DNA from: Microthyrium microscopicum
Taxonomy: Eukaryota
Direction of reading: 5' to 3'
Assembly: GCA_010405405.1 (NCBI GenBank)
Contig: MU004230.1
Coordinates: 3,769,119 to 3,833,118, forward strand
Length of the DNA stretch: 64,000 nt
Both the position numbers and the translations under genes were made by a program. Position 1 is the stretch's first letter; the number at the start of each line of letters is the position of its first letter. Under the pieces are notes generated by a model. It was given only the letters and a program-made list of their open reading frames with translations. It had not been told where the DNA came from and did no database searches. This document shows, one piece after another, positions 51,429 through 64,000 of the stretch.

Positions 51429-52969
51429 TGTACGGAGTACCCGAAGTGAGAAGTTGGTGAGAGCATCCGGCTGTGTTTGAGTCTCGCCGAAGCGAAGTTA
51501 TTGCATTCCAGATGTGATGGGTCGGGAATATTGAGTTGGTAATATGTGGTTGTTAGCACAATACAATTGATGAACGAGTGACAAGTTGGATAGCTAGTAG
51601 TTAAAAGTGCTACGCAACTGAGTATATAGACATAATGAAATTCGACACCACTGAAACGCCATCGCCACTTTGATTGGTATACATTGATTTGCAGCGCCTA
51701 TTTTGGAAATCCATGGGACCAGCTGAGCAGTCCTATTACAGAATAACAGCTCTACTCCAAAGAAGCACGGAAGCCGAGGATCTTCTTGTGTCCTGAGCAG
51801 CGGGTGCTCCTAACTGCACCAATGTCGAACAAGTCTTTCCACTAGGAAGTATCAAAGTAGATTAAAGTTTTGGCGCTAGGCTAGGGACCAGATCTTAGCT
51901 GCTAATGGTAAGATTTGAATCGTTAGAAAATGGGTAAGAACCGGTGTTCTTTGCGCTTGGCTTTTCCCCAACTTTTAAATGATCTCCAGTATGATTGTAA
52001 CCGAGTCTGCGGTCCGATAATTCGGCTCTGGAGGGGTCAGACTCTCTGTCCACCTGACACTCTCGGAACATCTTCGACATGATATTATAATAGCAAATCT
52101 CCCGTGAAACACCATCAGTCCCTCTGGTGTTCCTGGACCAGGCACAGCGAATCAAACCCTAAGAAACCATCTTTAGTAGAACTACGGGGCTTCTACCAGG
52201 AACGGTTTCTGAATGAAGCTCAAAAAGGCAATGTGACAAGACAGGGCTTGAAGTGAAAAGCGAGACCAGTTGTAAACTTGAGGAACAATCCTCGAGACTA
52301 GAAGGCGGCCCGTGTATTCCAGGTCCCACCATGGCCAAAGCAGAAAATGGTAAAAGGAGCCGGGAGAGTAGTGTCCCAGATTAAATGAACAATGCTGAGC
52401 GCGTTGATCTTCGGGCGACGTTGTTCGGCAGAGGCATAGCCCGACTACTAGAATGTACTGAGATTAGTAGAGAAGGCATGAGAGTGGGGAAAGAGCCTCA
52501 TCTAGGATGCAGGACTGTATTTGCAGACTTGCTCCTTGCGATCACAAACCCGTGGGCCATGGAAAGGTCAACGGGCTGTATGACAATGATCCAACCGGAT
52601 GATGATGGAACAGTCCCTAGTGCTCACAGGCCACAACGTAGATTGAGACCATAGGCCAAAGCAAGGCAAAGTAGGCAGATTTGCAGTGATTGTCTAGATT
52701 AAGTTCTAAAACGTAAGCTGCTTTGCCAGAATCAGCTATAGTGACGATTGAAATCATTATAGCAATCTACCTGAGTCTGGAGAAGGCGCGTCGTTGAGAT
52801 GAACTGTCAGGGGTTGATAAACAAATGTCGCGGCTAGCTCTGTCCAGTTATATGGCATCGGATAGGCGCGCGTGTTCGCAGACCGTCGCGGGGTTAGCGG
52901 GGTTTGTTAGCGTCAAAAAGTTGCACAGGAGGCTGACATTTTTTGCGACTACGACTGGTCAATCGCAAG

Positions 52970-52988
52970 GAGTCAAACTTTTGACTCA
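52970..52988. promoter_or_regulatory. Candidate Gcn4/CpcA (cross-pathway control) sites upstream of ILV3
   Basis: TGACTCA at 52982-52988 plus an inverted TGACTC at 52970-52975, ~110-130 bp upstream of the ILV3 ATG. Confidence 0.65.
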
Positions 52989-53098
52989 CGCCCATTGATC
53001 GCGAGCCTCATAGAGCTGACTGGTGTTAGAGAGGACTCAATGCTTAAAAAGATTCCATTATAAGTTATAGAAGGGTTAACGTCTCTCAAATCACAATC

Positions 53099-54992
53099 AT
53101 GGCGCCCCAATTGCTGCGCCATGTGTCGCTGCGAGCGGCATCAATATGCTCTCGATCATATCGGTACCAGTAGCCATTGACTCGATCCGAAATTGCGACT
53201 AACATTGTTCATATAGCAACTTTCATTCTAAACCAGCTCTGAGAGCTGATGAGCTAGAGGGCCTCAACAAAGTCAGCCGTAACATCACACAGCCAAAGTC
53301 CCAAGGAGCATCTCAAGCCATGTTGTACGCAACTGGCCTCACGGAATCAGATTTGAAAAAGCCACAGGTTGGCATATCTTCTGTATGGTGGACTGGTAAT
53401 CCGTGTAATATCCATCTTATGGACCTGAGCAATATCGTCAAAGAAGGTGTTCAAAAAGCTGGTAAGTAAGTATAAAGATGGGTAACATCCAATACTGATT
53501 TATGACAGGGCTTGCTCCTATGCAGTTCAACACCATTGGTGTCAGTGATGGTATCTCGATGGGAACCATTGGCATGCGTTACTCGCTCCAATCTCGTGAT
53601 CTAATTGCCGATTCCATTGAGACTGTCATGGGTGGTCAATGGTACGACTCCAACATTTCCATTCCCGGCTGCGACAAGAATATGCCCGGTGTTGTAATGG
53701 CCATGGGCCGAGTGAATCGACCTTCAATCATGGTTTATGGAGGTACCATTCAACCAGGATGCGCCAAAACCATGAATAACGACTCCATTGACATTGTGTC
53801 TGCTTTCCAAGCCTACGGGCAATTCATCAGTGGCGACATCACCGAAGAAAACCGATTCGATATCATCCGCCACGCCTGCCCAGGAGAAGGTGCATGTGGC
53901 GGCATGTACACGGCAAATACCATGGCCACTGCAATTGAAACTATTGGCCTCTCGCTTCCTGGATCTTCATCAAATCCAGCTGCATCGAAAGCAAAACAAA
54001 TCGAATGTCTAGCTGCCGGCGAAGCAATCAAAAACTTGCTCAAAGAGGATATTCGGCCCAAGGACATTCTCACCCGCAAGGCGCTCGAAAACGCAATGGT
54101 CGTCACCATGATTCTCGGTGGCTCCACCAATGCTGTTCTCCATTTGATTGCCATGGCAGACTCCGTCGGCATCAAATTGACCATTGACGACTTCCAAGCC
54201 GTCAGTGACCGCACACCATTTTTAGCTGATCTCAAGCCTTCTGGAAAATATGTCATGGCCGACGTTTACAACATGGGAGGAACCCCAGCACTCCTCAAAT
54301 TCCTACTCCGAGAAGGCGTGATTGACGGCAGCACCATGACAGTGACAGGAAAGACGATGAAGCAAAATGTGGAAAACGTGAAAGATTTCCCAGAAGACCA
54401 AAAGATCATACGCCCCATGAATAATCCAATCAAGCCCACTGGGCACATCCAAATCCTCAGAGGTTCTCTAGCACCCGGTGGTTCCGTCGGCAAGATTACA
54501 GGCAAAGAAGGTCTCGTCTTCGTTGGAAGAGCCAAAGTTTACGATGCCGAAGACGACTTTATCAAAGCGCTTGAACAGGGAGAAATCAAAAAAGGCGAGA
54601 AAACTGTCGTCGTCATCCGCTACGAAGGACCACGTGGAGGACCAGGTATGCCAGAAATGCTCAAGCCCAGCTCGGCCATCATGGGAGCTGGTTTGGGACA
54701 CGATGTTGCGCTCATCACGGATGGACGATTCAGTGGAGGTAGCCATGGCTTCTTGATAGGACATATTGTCCCAGAGGCCCAGGAAGGTGGACCGATTGCC
54801 CTGGTACATGATGGCGATGAAATCAGCATTGATGCGGAGAAGCGGGAGTTGAATTTGAACATTAGCGATAGCGAGCTGGAGGCAAGGAAGAAGGCGTGGA
54901 CGGCGCCGCCGTTGAAGTACTCCAAGGGAACGCTGTACAAGTATGCGAAGTTGGTACAGGACGCGAGTCAAGGATGTATCACAGATGCATGA
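53099..54992 (+). CDS. ILV3: Mitochondrial dihydroxy-acid dehydratase (3 exons)
   Basis: Arg-rich presequence; [43 protein letters not shown] and [12 protein letters not shown] motifs. Introns 53164-53216 and 53462-53508. Confidence 0.97.
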
Positions 54993-56046
54993 TCTGTTCG
55001 AATATTAAGATGAATACAATAGTCCTAATTAAGCGTGGGTTATTAAGAATCGTGTGTTTGTCTTGGATGTGTCAACTTCAAATTCAGCTACACCAACAGA
55101 TATTGGGACCAAACATCCCAGACACAGAACAGTTCGGCACGGAGCTCATCCATATGTCGATATCTTGGACACCAAACCAATCCACAAAATAAATGGCGCG
55201 CTCCCATCAACTGCGATGTCTCCCATCGCACTCTATAGCGAGGAAGTGTTTCAGGGGCCAGCGCATCCGATGAAGATGTTTCTACTCATTCAAAGGAAGA
55301 CAAAGCGCTCGGTCTAAAGCGTAGCAGATGGTAGCCACTGTAATTGATGGGAGCGTGCCCACTCACGGAGTACTTTGTCGGTCAGTTGACGTCAGCCGTA
55401 TGAATGCGTCCATACAAGATACGACTCTCAGACCAAGAAGTTGTCGAGACGTTGCGACAAGTCAAGGACCGAGACGGCGGAGATGGCAGATAAGGTACAT
55501 ATAAATGCCTTGCGCCATCACAGCCTTGCATTTCGATATTCTCCGGAATCAATCCTATTGGTGGTAGCCCTGGTTAGTGATCGATCTTCAATGCTGACAT
55601 GCCTTGCGGCTCAACACCATATAAACATACAGCTCTGCGCTTAAGATGAATATAACTTTGTTCATATCGGCTTTCCCAAATCCTGCCTCAACCCTTCCTG
55701 CTTTTTCTGTCTTATTTCTGAGAGTGTCGGCTCAATATGCAGTCGACTGCTGAGGTCAGCAAAACCGCCTTTGCCCAAAATGGGTCATGGTTTGGCCGTC
55801 GGAAAAGAGGTCGTTCCGTTGCCGATCGGCTTTGAACCCGCATCATTCACCCGTCAATGCTTTGCACAAGCTGTTCAACTTCCAATTGTTTCGAATCGTC
55901 TCTCAAAAACAACAGGACACGTTTCAATTGATATTGTATCAATCATACATAAACTCCACATCAAGCACTAAATCGCATCACCAGCAACGCTCAAGCAAAC
56001 CAATCCAATTGAACCACCATCAAAACATTCCCACACAACCATCATC

Positions 56047-56582
56047 ATGACTACCACAATCACCATCCCCAAGGAATACGGGTACGCATCTTCCCGTCTG
56101 AACTCATCACTTTTGGAGATCCTAAACTAACAAAGCCCAGCTATGTCGTCGGCGTTGCAGCAACAACCTTCCTCCTCTCTGCCTGGCACGGACACCGCGT
56201 CGGCCCTTTCCGCAAAGCCGCCGCCATTCCCTACCCACATGCGTACGCATCCGCTGAGCAGCTGAGCGCCGCCGAACCATCAAAGAAGAACGCTATGTAT
56301 CTCTTCAACTGCGCTCAGCGCGCCCACTACCAGTTCATCGAGCACTACCCACAAGCGCTCGCCGGCCTTCTTGTTACTGGCATCAAGTACCCAGTGGCTA
56401 GCGCAAGTCTGGGCGCTATGTGGATTGTGAGCCGTGTATTCTATGCTACGGGATACACAAACAAGGACAAGGAAGGTGGAAAGGGCAGATATAGTGGTGG
56501 ATTGGGCATGTTGTATTACTTTGCGGAGATTGGATGGTTGGGAATGGGGTTGAAGATGGCGGCAGATATTGTTCTTGCTTAG
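56047..56582 (+). CDS. MAPEG family microsomal glutathione S-transferase 3-like protein (2 exons)
   Basis: TIPKEYG|YVVG..., RKAAAIPYP, FNCAQRAHYQFIE and SRVFYATGY motifs. Intron 56082-56140. Confidence 0.92.
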
Positions 56583-56742
56583 AGGGATGCCGTATGGTTC
56601 GATAAGGAGGGATGAAGATGAGTTGTGTGACATATTTAGTACTGTAGATTACTACTGGAATCGTATATCAAAGTAACAATTGATAGCCATCATTGGCCTT
56701 GTCCTCTAAACTCCTTCGCTATGCAAGATACATTTCCCCATG

Positions 56743-57259
56743 CTATAGACCGCTCTGCAACGCAAAACCACTCAAAACCAAGACCAGTGAATTCGTCAAA
56801 CCCCACACAAACGGAATCCATGTACTCATCCGAAAATATCCAGCATTATAAACAGCACCCAGCAATGCCCCCGTTATACTACCGGCAAAGAGACCCTCTA
56901 TGCCAGCAGCAAACGCATACACAGCCCACACCACCCACACAAAGAGCCAGTTCTTGCGACTGCCTCGCCACAATATGATATTTGCGTAGGTGCTCGTCGC
57001 TAGATGGACTACACCAAAGAATAGCAGGGTCCAGACGACGGTGAAGCGCCAGATGTCGGCGGTCCGGTAGAGATAATAGGCGTTTGCGCTGTAGCCGTTG
57101 TGTACGGGGAAGGGCCAGTAGAGACTCGGGAAGGGGGGCGTTGTGTAGTCGGGTGGGATTGGGTTTTGGGGTCCTAGGTTGTTTAGGAGGTTTATGGGGT
57201 TGCTGGTGGAATAAGGTTAGTTTTGTTTCGTTTCGTGGTGGGTGGTGTGCTTGCCTCAT
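56743..57259 (-). CDS. TMEM170-family integral membrane protein, 154 aa (5-nt first coding exon, GC-AG intron)
   Basis: ATGAG|GCAAGC...CTAAC...CAG (intron 57203-57254) gives MSNPINLL...PPFPSLYWP...YLYRTADIWRFTVVWTL...LGAVYNAGYFRMSTWIPFVWG. Confidence 0.85.
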
Positions 57260-57616
57260 GTTGGAGCTGCAGCCAGAGGCCGCATTGTGAAGCGCGATTA
57301 AGCGCAAGGGCTGGATGGGCTCTTGGAGATGTGCGCTGGGATATGTGTTGAATAATGGTAGATTTTTGAAGACTGAAGATGGAGCGGAGAATAGTTGAAT
57401 GGTTGATTGATTGACGGTGAGCTGGAGGAGTTGAAGTCGTTGAGAGACCAGGCCCAGCCACATGCATCCAAGATCCATGCCTTAGCCTTGCCTCGGTATT
57501 GACCGCGCTTTTCCCAGCGATCCACCCAAAACACCATATCCATATCAGTCAGGGCTTAGTACACCTCAATAATAATTATGCTCTCCTCTCATGCTCCCTC
57601 CCACGCCTCAACAAAC

Positions 57617-59808
57617 ATGTCGGCAGACCGCCTGCTCGGCACACTGCTGCGCTACGCTCAAACATACACTGAACAACAAGACACCCCTCGCTTCCTATCA
57701 ACCGCCGCGTCCCTACTAGTCTCCCTCCAAAACCACCGTAACATCACTCTACTCACAAGCCATCTGCTCTCTGCGCCGGCATTATGGCACCGGCCCGAGG
57801 GTTTGCAGACGTGTCTGCGTCTGATGGGCGTCTCTCACAGTGCTGCGCTGGCATTGCTGAGGCGCGAAGAGCAGGATGCTGTGGACGCGCAGAGCCAGTG
57901 GTATCCGCCGCCTAGCCAGGGGATACCGAAGAATGCGTGGATCAAGGCAGTGGTCAAGGGCGCGACGGGTGGTGAGGATGGGACGGGAAGATTTCGGAGC
58001 CCGGCGTGGAAGAGTGTGCTGGTGTTGACGGGGCTTTTATTGGGATTTGGGCCACGGGAAGAGGAGGCCTTGGATGCGAATATGCGGGCGTCGTTAGAGC
58101 AAGAGCTGATTGCCAATGTGAATAAGGCGCTAGAGGATGTGAGAGCGGGCGGTGAAGAGCTTTCTGGGCATGCGTTATGTTTGGCGCTGAACCATGTTTT
58201 TCCTCATCTTTCGGATTTTGAGAGGAGCTTGATTGATTATGATGTGAGTTTGTTCTCGAGTGTCGTTCGAACGAATACTGACCTATCGAAGCTATTACTT
58301 CCTGTACTAATTGGAAGTGCCTTTTTCTCCAACGAAGGTCTTCAAGGCGCATATTTCCTGGCGGCGATAGAATTGGACCTGTCCAAAACACCAGACGGAA
58401 AGCTAAACTGGAGGGTGAGTAATATAGAGCGAATCGAGATTGAAACGACACTAAACATGTTTAGCCAAATTCAACCTCTTTCCATAACGTTCAAAATCTC
58501 CTCAATAGACCACTAGTGGCATCTCTTGGACCTCTGGCTCGCCTAATAGCACATTCGATAGAGAACGTACGAGAATCATACCTTGTTCACACGCTAGTTG
58601 ACGACCTAGCAGGCTTCTCAAGGTCTCTTCTCTCTCAATGGCGACAGAACTCAATATCAAACGTTGATATCCATGAGGAACAAGCTGCCTTATCACAGGA
58701 TACTATTCAAATTACTACTCCACAACTATGGAAACTACTCCGGTCAACCCTTTTTGCTCTCACCATCGTATTTCGAGGATCAATTGGACGACTACTAAAC
58801 GACAGACACATGGCATCGGACGCCGTGGCACCAAACTTTGTCATACAAGTTCTCAGCTCCCTCCGCAATCTTTTCTTCATCACATCTCGCATTGGCACAC
58901 ACAGCTTTAGCCAATACACTTTCGTCTATCTAACTTGCATCGACATTCTCGCGGCCTACCCCCGGCAAGCTGAGGAGTTCCTACAGACCATCAAACCCAC
59001 TTTCATCCACGCCATTCCAGCATCGCCCGTCGATCGTGCACTAGCCCTCTATTTCCTCAATACCGCGGAGCACTTCACTTTGATACTCAGTCCCGCCAGC
59101 AATGAGGACTTCCTCGTTGCCTCCGCCCTTCCTTATCTAGCAGCCGGCGGCGCTAAACGTCTCCTCCCGCTCTTCGAAGCCGCCCACTCCGTCATGCTAG
59201 CTGTTCTCTCCGCACCCCAGAGCGCCGATACTGCTGCCAAACACGCCCCTTTCTACGTCGACGCGCTGTTTTCTGCATTTCCACAAAACCTCAGCCCGCG
59301 CCAATTCCGGCTGGCATTCAAGACTCTTATGCGCGTTGCCGCTCCTCCATCGCCCCTGGCTTTTACCCATCCTGATTTACCCGCCATACTACTCGAGCTC
59401 GTGTTACACCGCGGTCTACACGCGCCGACCGAGCCACTGCCACAGGTGGAGATGGCTAGTCCACTAGCAGGCGACGATGGAGCGCCGCCACAAGCAATCC
59501 TGTCAGAGCGAGCAGTCCTGGCTCTCACGCTGCTAGATGCTCTGCCGTTTCTACCTCTCGGTCTACTGAATGAATGGCTGCCTCTAGCAGCACAGCTAGT
59601 AGATGCAGTACCGCCAGGGCCGATGCGAGAAATGTGTAGAGCACGCTTCTGGGAAGTATTGGTGGGCGGAGAGATGGATCCTGAGCGAGCTTTAGTCTGC
59701 GTCAGCTGGTGTACGAGTCAAGGTGGCATGGAGATGGTGATGGGTGGACAGCGGGATCAAGATATCGTCATGAGCGGAGCATTGCCGGCCCCAGAAGCAA
59801 AATTATGA
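57617..59808 (+). CDS. PEX8: Peroxin 8 (3 exons)
   Basis: MSADRLLGTLLR...NITLLTSHLLSAPALW, LFEAAHSVMLAV, FPQNLSPRQFRLAF; C-terminal PTS1 AKL. Introns 58244-58291 and 58415-58464. Confidence 0.92.
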
Positions 59809-59975
59809 CAGGTTTAATGGTGCATAGCATGGAGTTCCGTTGAAGGCATGTAGAGTAGACCAATTGAATTAGAATCTATCACAATACGACCCATCGTCGA
59901 TTGTTGGGGTATCATATATCACAACCACACGTACACCGTCTTCATCCATCATCTCATCGCAAGTACCAAACAGTC

Positions 59976-60766
59976 TCAAAGTCCTTTAATGACCTTCTCA
60001 ACAATCTTCCTCTGCCTTCCCACATCAACATCCCCCTCCTCATCAAACGCCCTCACCGCCCGTCCCACCCCAAGCACAACCGCCATATCACCACCCACCC
60101 AAACCCGTCCATTTCGCCCCACCGCAACCTCAAACGCCGCCCTCTTCCCCAGCTCACTCAACACCACACACCCACCCTTCTCACCCAGCAGCAACCGTCT
60201 TGCAGTCGCCTGACTAACATCCCACACCATGCCGCCCTTCAGCGGCCCCAGCCCATCCGCACGTCCCGTCGTCGCGCTCACACATTCCAGCTCTACTGAA
60301 TCTAAACTGCCAGCTGGGGCGGCGGATACGCGCGCGTAGACGAGATCGCCGGAGGTGAGTTGGGGACGGGTCTTGCGCGAGGCGCCTTCGAAGGCTAGTT
60401 GTGGGAGGATGGCGAGGGGTGTGTGTGGTGTTATGACGGCGTGGTAGATGTCGGTGGAGGAGTGGTGGATTGTTAGGATTATGGGGTCGTTGAGCCGGGG
60501 GATGTACTGGACGATTATATCAGCACTATGTCATAATGGAGGAGAGAGAATTGTGGTGTACATACGCGGCCGCCGTGTGCATGGTCTATCCAGATTGCAT
60601 TTTTGCGAAAGTCGGCGTGTAGTGTGCCAGGGATGGTGGCGCGGATGGTGGATGGCGGGGTGTGGTGAAGGCCCGGGCCGAGCTTGAGTTGTTTTTTGGC
60701 TGGGCGGGGGATGTGGGCGGAGGGAATGATATCACCGGGGAGAACGGAGAGCTGGGTTGTGGCCAT
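59976..60766 (-). CDS. RRP40: Exosome complex cap subunit Rrp40 (2 exons)
   Basis: VLPGD, KLGPGL, GR|YIP, LAFEGASRKTRP...GDLVYARV and FEVAVGRNGRVWV motifs. Intron 60507-60565. Confidence 0.95.
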
Positions 60767-61664
60767 TCTGTGTCGTTGTTTTGTGGTTGGATTTGTATGT
60801 GAATTTGCAGATTTTGGTGTTGAAGTTGGAAAATGGAGGTGTTGACATGTGGGGTTGACCCTTGATCCTTGCAAAATCGGCGGGTGCTTCAGCCTTGTGA
60901 AGTTTGATTGGTCGAGAATTTTCAGCCTCGTGAGCGTGAACCATGGTCGAACTTCTGTAATAATCAAGTCTATAATTTTCTGATTGTAGCTATGGAATCC
61001 CATATTGAAAAGCCCGACTGCATTTGATGGGTTTCTGGTAGGACCTCATTATTTGCCAGTTATATGTTACTACTCAGAACATTTCGTGGATCCTGATCTG
61101 CTATGCTCCCAGTTGCCAACATCCCACCCGCCAAAACCAACATCGTGGGAACTTTGATGGTCGGGAGCCTGGTGAAAAATTTGCGCTAGATCTGTCACGC
61201 GAAAACTTTTGCACCTTAACAACCTTCCAAAAGATCAACCCCACCCTCCAACTTAACTCTTTCTCTCAACCAAATTACAACTTGCTTCAACCACGGTAGC
61301 CTTCAACCAAATCTGCTTCACCATCAAGGGTATATAAGCCTCAGCAAGCCTGCTTCACACTCACTCTTGGACAGTATTTTACGTCTCAAAGCCAGATCCC
61401 TCGCTCTGCTCTGGATCGCCTTGTCGAAGAACATTTACAGTCCTCATCAAAATCTGCCGAACCCCGCCAAAGTCAACCCATTGCTACATCCAGTGCACCA
61501 TAGCCTCAGTAGCACCAGTATCTTCCGCAGTAACCCGATCTTTGTCAGCTCTCACTCACCAGCTTGACTATTCATTCACTTCTTTCGAGTAGTCCAGACA
61601 GACATTTTCTCCTACGACCCACAAGAATCCCAGAGAATTTTACTCAGCACGTTTCATCGCCAAT

Positions 61665-62570
61665 ATGTGGGACGTTACAGGCGAACACGCATTCTCCTTC
61701 CACCGACGCTCTCGTAGCTCTCCCACCGACAATTCTATTCGGCCCCAAGTCTTCAACTTCACGGGCCTACCAGCCGAAATCCAGATAATGATTCTCAAGG
61801 AGGCTGTCACTGTGGCGTGCCCGATCCGACTGCCAGAACCTAAAGAGCCTGTCAAGCCAGAGGCCGAGCCTAGACCCATTCCTGATGCCGGCCGCATTAC
61901 TCGCTTCAGAAAATCCGCTATAAATGCTCAAGCTCTAATTGCCGCAGCAAAAGCCGTTGTCCCTCCACCAAAGAAAGTCTGCAAGTATTGCGCCCGAAAT
62001 TGCAACAGCTGCCAGCCAGATGCCATCAACACTGCCCTCTTCGTAGTGAGCAAGTACATGTCCGAGTCCGCACTTGCTGTTTTCTACAGCGAGAACCGCT
62101 TCCTCGCCAATCCCAAATTTCTCGCTAAAGTCGCCACTGCCCGACCAGCGCGTCTTTTCATCCGCCGCCTGACCCTTGCGGTGGACGATCTTACTTCTTA
62201 CAACCTCGCTGAGGTTGCCAAAGCCACCCTCCGGTATTACCGTAATCTAAAGGAGCTCACAGTGGACACGGCTGCCAGTCGCTCCATGGAGCAGATATGG
62301 AAGAAGCTGGCGGGTTACGTGGGCAAGCCCATTGGTACTTCCGGATGTGGGGCTCTCAAACATAATTATAGGGATGAGCGGCTTGTGGCGTTCTTCGTGG
62401 GCCAGAAGCTCAACGACGTGGTTCGTTGGCTCCCAGCCAATGTGGGAGTGAGAGTGCTGCTTGGCGGCAAGAACGAGATTATGTGGTGCTCGGCCAAGGC
62501 TAGCCCGGTGGGAAAGGCAGATGAATTGCTCTTCGCCTATGTGGCAAGATGCCAGGAAAAGGGTTACTGA
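61665..62570 (+). CDS. Hypothetical protein with F-box-like (LPxEI) N-terminal motif, 301 aa
   Basis: FNFTGLPAEIQIMILKEAV...ALFVVSKYMSESALAVFYSENRF is a common fungal 2EXR/F-box-like pattern. TATATAA at ~61331. Confidence 0.75.
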   Translation: MWDVTGEHAFSFHRRSRSSPTDNSIRPQVFNFTGLPAEIQIMILKEAVTVACPIRLPEPKEPVKPEAEPRPIPDAGRITRFRKSAINAQALIAAAKAVVPPPKKVCKYCARNCNSCQPDAINTALFVVSKYMSESALAVFYSENRFLANPKFLAKVATARPARLFIRRLTLAVDDLTSYNLAEVAKATLRYYRNLKELTVDTAASRSMEQIWKKLAGYVGKPIGTSGCGALKHNYRDERLVAFFVGQKLNDVVRWLPANVGVRVLLGGKNEIMWCSAKASPVGKADELLFAYVARCQEKGY

Positions 62571-63074
62571 TTGTAACAGGCTTGTTTGGAAAAGGTTCTT
62601 GATCTTATTTTTAATGGACATGCTTAGATAATATATACCAAATTTGCTCAAAATCTTTTGTCTTGATGTGATATAAGTCTTGCTTTATTGATCTCTGTTC
62701 CCAATTATGCCTCCATATTTGTTGACATACCCAACACATGGCTTTTTGTAACTCTAGCAAGTACGAGATATGGCAAACAAGCTCTTACAAGTACTGACGA
62801 GTACAGAACTAACACAAAAGAACTATGTTTCTCAACCAAAGATGTGGAGAAAAAGATAACACGCAGTCTTAAGAAATCAAGCTACTCAGTCGTTCCTCAC
62901 TTCTCAAGAGATGGCTGATTTCAATACTCGCTCCCACCTTGAGCAAAAAGAAAAGATGTTATCATAATATTCGTTTGTACAAGTTAGCAAAAACTCATGG
63001 TACAACTCCTATACAGTATTCGACTGTATAGAAGGTGTACCATTACAAAAGCCCGGTGCTTTATTTCGGTCGAC

Positions 63075-64000
63075 CTATTGGTTAGTATGGGAATTGAACC
63101 GGTGTCCTGGGTATCGTCGTCGTCGCGGTAATCGTCGGTATCGTCGTCTCGATCGGGCTAGTCGACTCCAATTCCAGATTCCTCCAGAGCCCACGAATTT
63201 GATCAAAACGAGGTCCTTACTCGCACGCCTGTTCGTGTCTACGGCTGAATTTCCAGAAATTGGTATATACATAGCAAATGGCGTGTCTAAATATGGGCGT
63301 GCTTCAGTGTTTCTCCACTTGGTGCTTCCACCACGCATATCAGCAAAATTATGTCGGAACATTTCTTTCTAGATGATTAAGACACTAAGAATCAATAAAA
63401 GAAATTCATTTGTTTGAATCAGATTTACGAGGATGCATAACGGGGAACAGTAAACAGATAAAGTTGGTCGTACAAATTCGCAGTCAACAATGTCACAGTC
63501 ACTGTACATATCAATCACAATTGACATCTCCATAATCTTCAAGAGACCCCGAAAACAATCTTCGCGCTTTGAAAAGCTGTCAGTTAAGAACCTATGATTT
63601 ACCGCTACAGGTACTCCAATACTGAACTGATACAGTATCTCTCCCTTCGTTCTGACCATGAAAGTACTATGTAGAGAAAACATTCTAGTCTTCAACACCG
63701 ATCAGAGCCAGTAGATGTGCTCATCTGATAAATTCACGTCGAGAATTACCATCGAAAATAGTGGGCATAACGTACTGCTTTATAAGTACCTGATGAGATA
63801 CTTCTAGCCTGAGCTCAATCCAGATATCGCAAGTAGCGTAGTTGATCGACCTTGAAGTAAAGTCTGTCAACTCAATCCGATCTCAAAACACAACAACCAG
63901 CAACGACAACAATGCTCAAGCGGTTCTGGCCGTCGTCCAATAACATCTGAGAGCAAAATCTTGAGACACATGCACTTTTGAAACCCACCCAACCGCGATC
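63075..64000 (-). pseudogene. Possible decayed 3' end of an unknown gene
   Basis: Protein-like minus-strand frames repeatedly broken by TAG/TGA, with an acidic GAC/GAT-rich tail near 63110-63160. Family not recognised. Confidence 0.25.

Noticed and set aside
52883..52891. Leu3/LeuB site upstream of ILV3
   Set aside because: CCGTCGCGG has a 3-nt spacer, not the CCG-N4-CGG consensus.

Overview
This is eukaryotic DNA from a filamentous ascomycete (Pezizomycotina; short ~50-nt spliceosomal introns with CTRAC-type branch sites; Dothideomycete origin is a guess). I can model about 19 protein-coding genes by hand. Core genes include ILV3, PEX8, RRP40, a REG1-like PP1 subunit, an ELMO/CED-12 protein, an ESC1/DevR-like bHLH factor, NSRP1-like and NFKBIL1-like proteins, a TMEM170 protein, a MAPEG glutathione transferase and two MFS transporters. 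Two gene-poor accessory tracts (~9.7-19.3 kb and ~26-36 kb) hold decayed coding fragments and a MYND/DUF4470 pseudogene. Main observations: (1) A three-gene module (Zn2Cys6 factor plus two NAD(P)-dependent oxidoreductases) has a 20-bp CGG-N9-CGA motif twice in each oxidoreductase promoter, with 82 and 83 bp spacing; partial copies also lie upstream of the distant glutathione transferase, suggesting a small undescribed regulon. (2) A Mutator-type MITE (9-bp TSD) is nested inside a hAT-type MITE (8-bp TSD), with RIP-like mutations. (3) A 231-bp MITE is flanked by CA rather than TA. (4) Three of ~28 modelled introns are GC-AG. (5) One intron is 909 nt long. No tRNA, rRNA or CRISPR was found. All family assignments come from motif recognition, not database searches.
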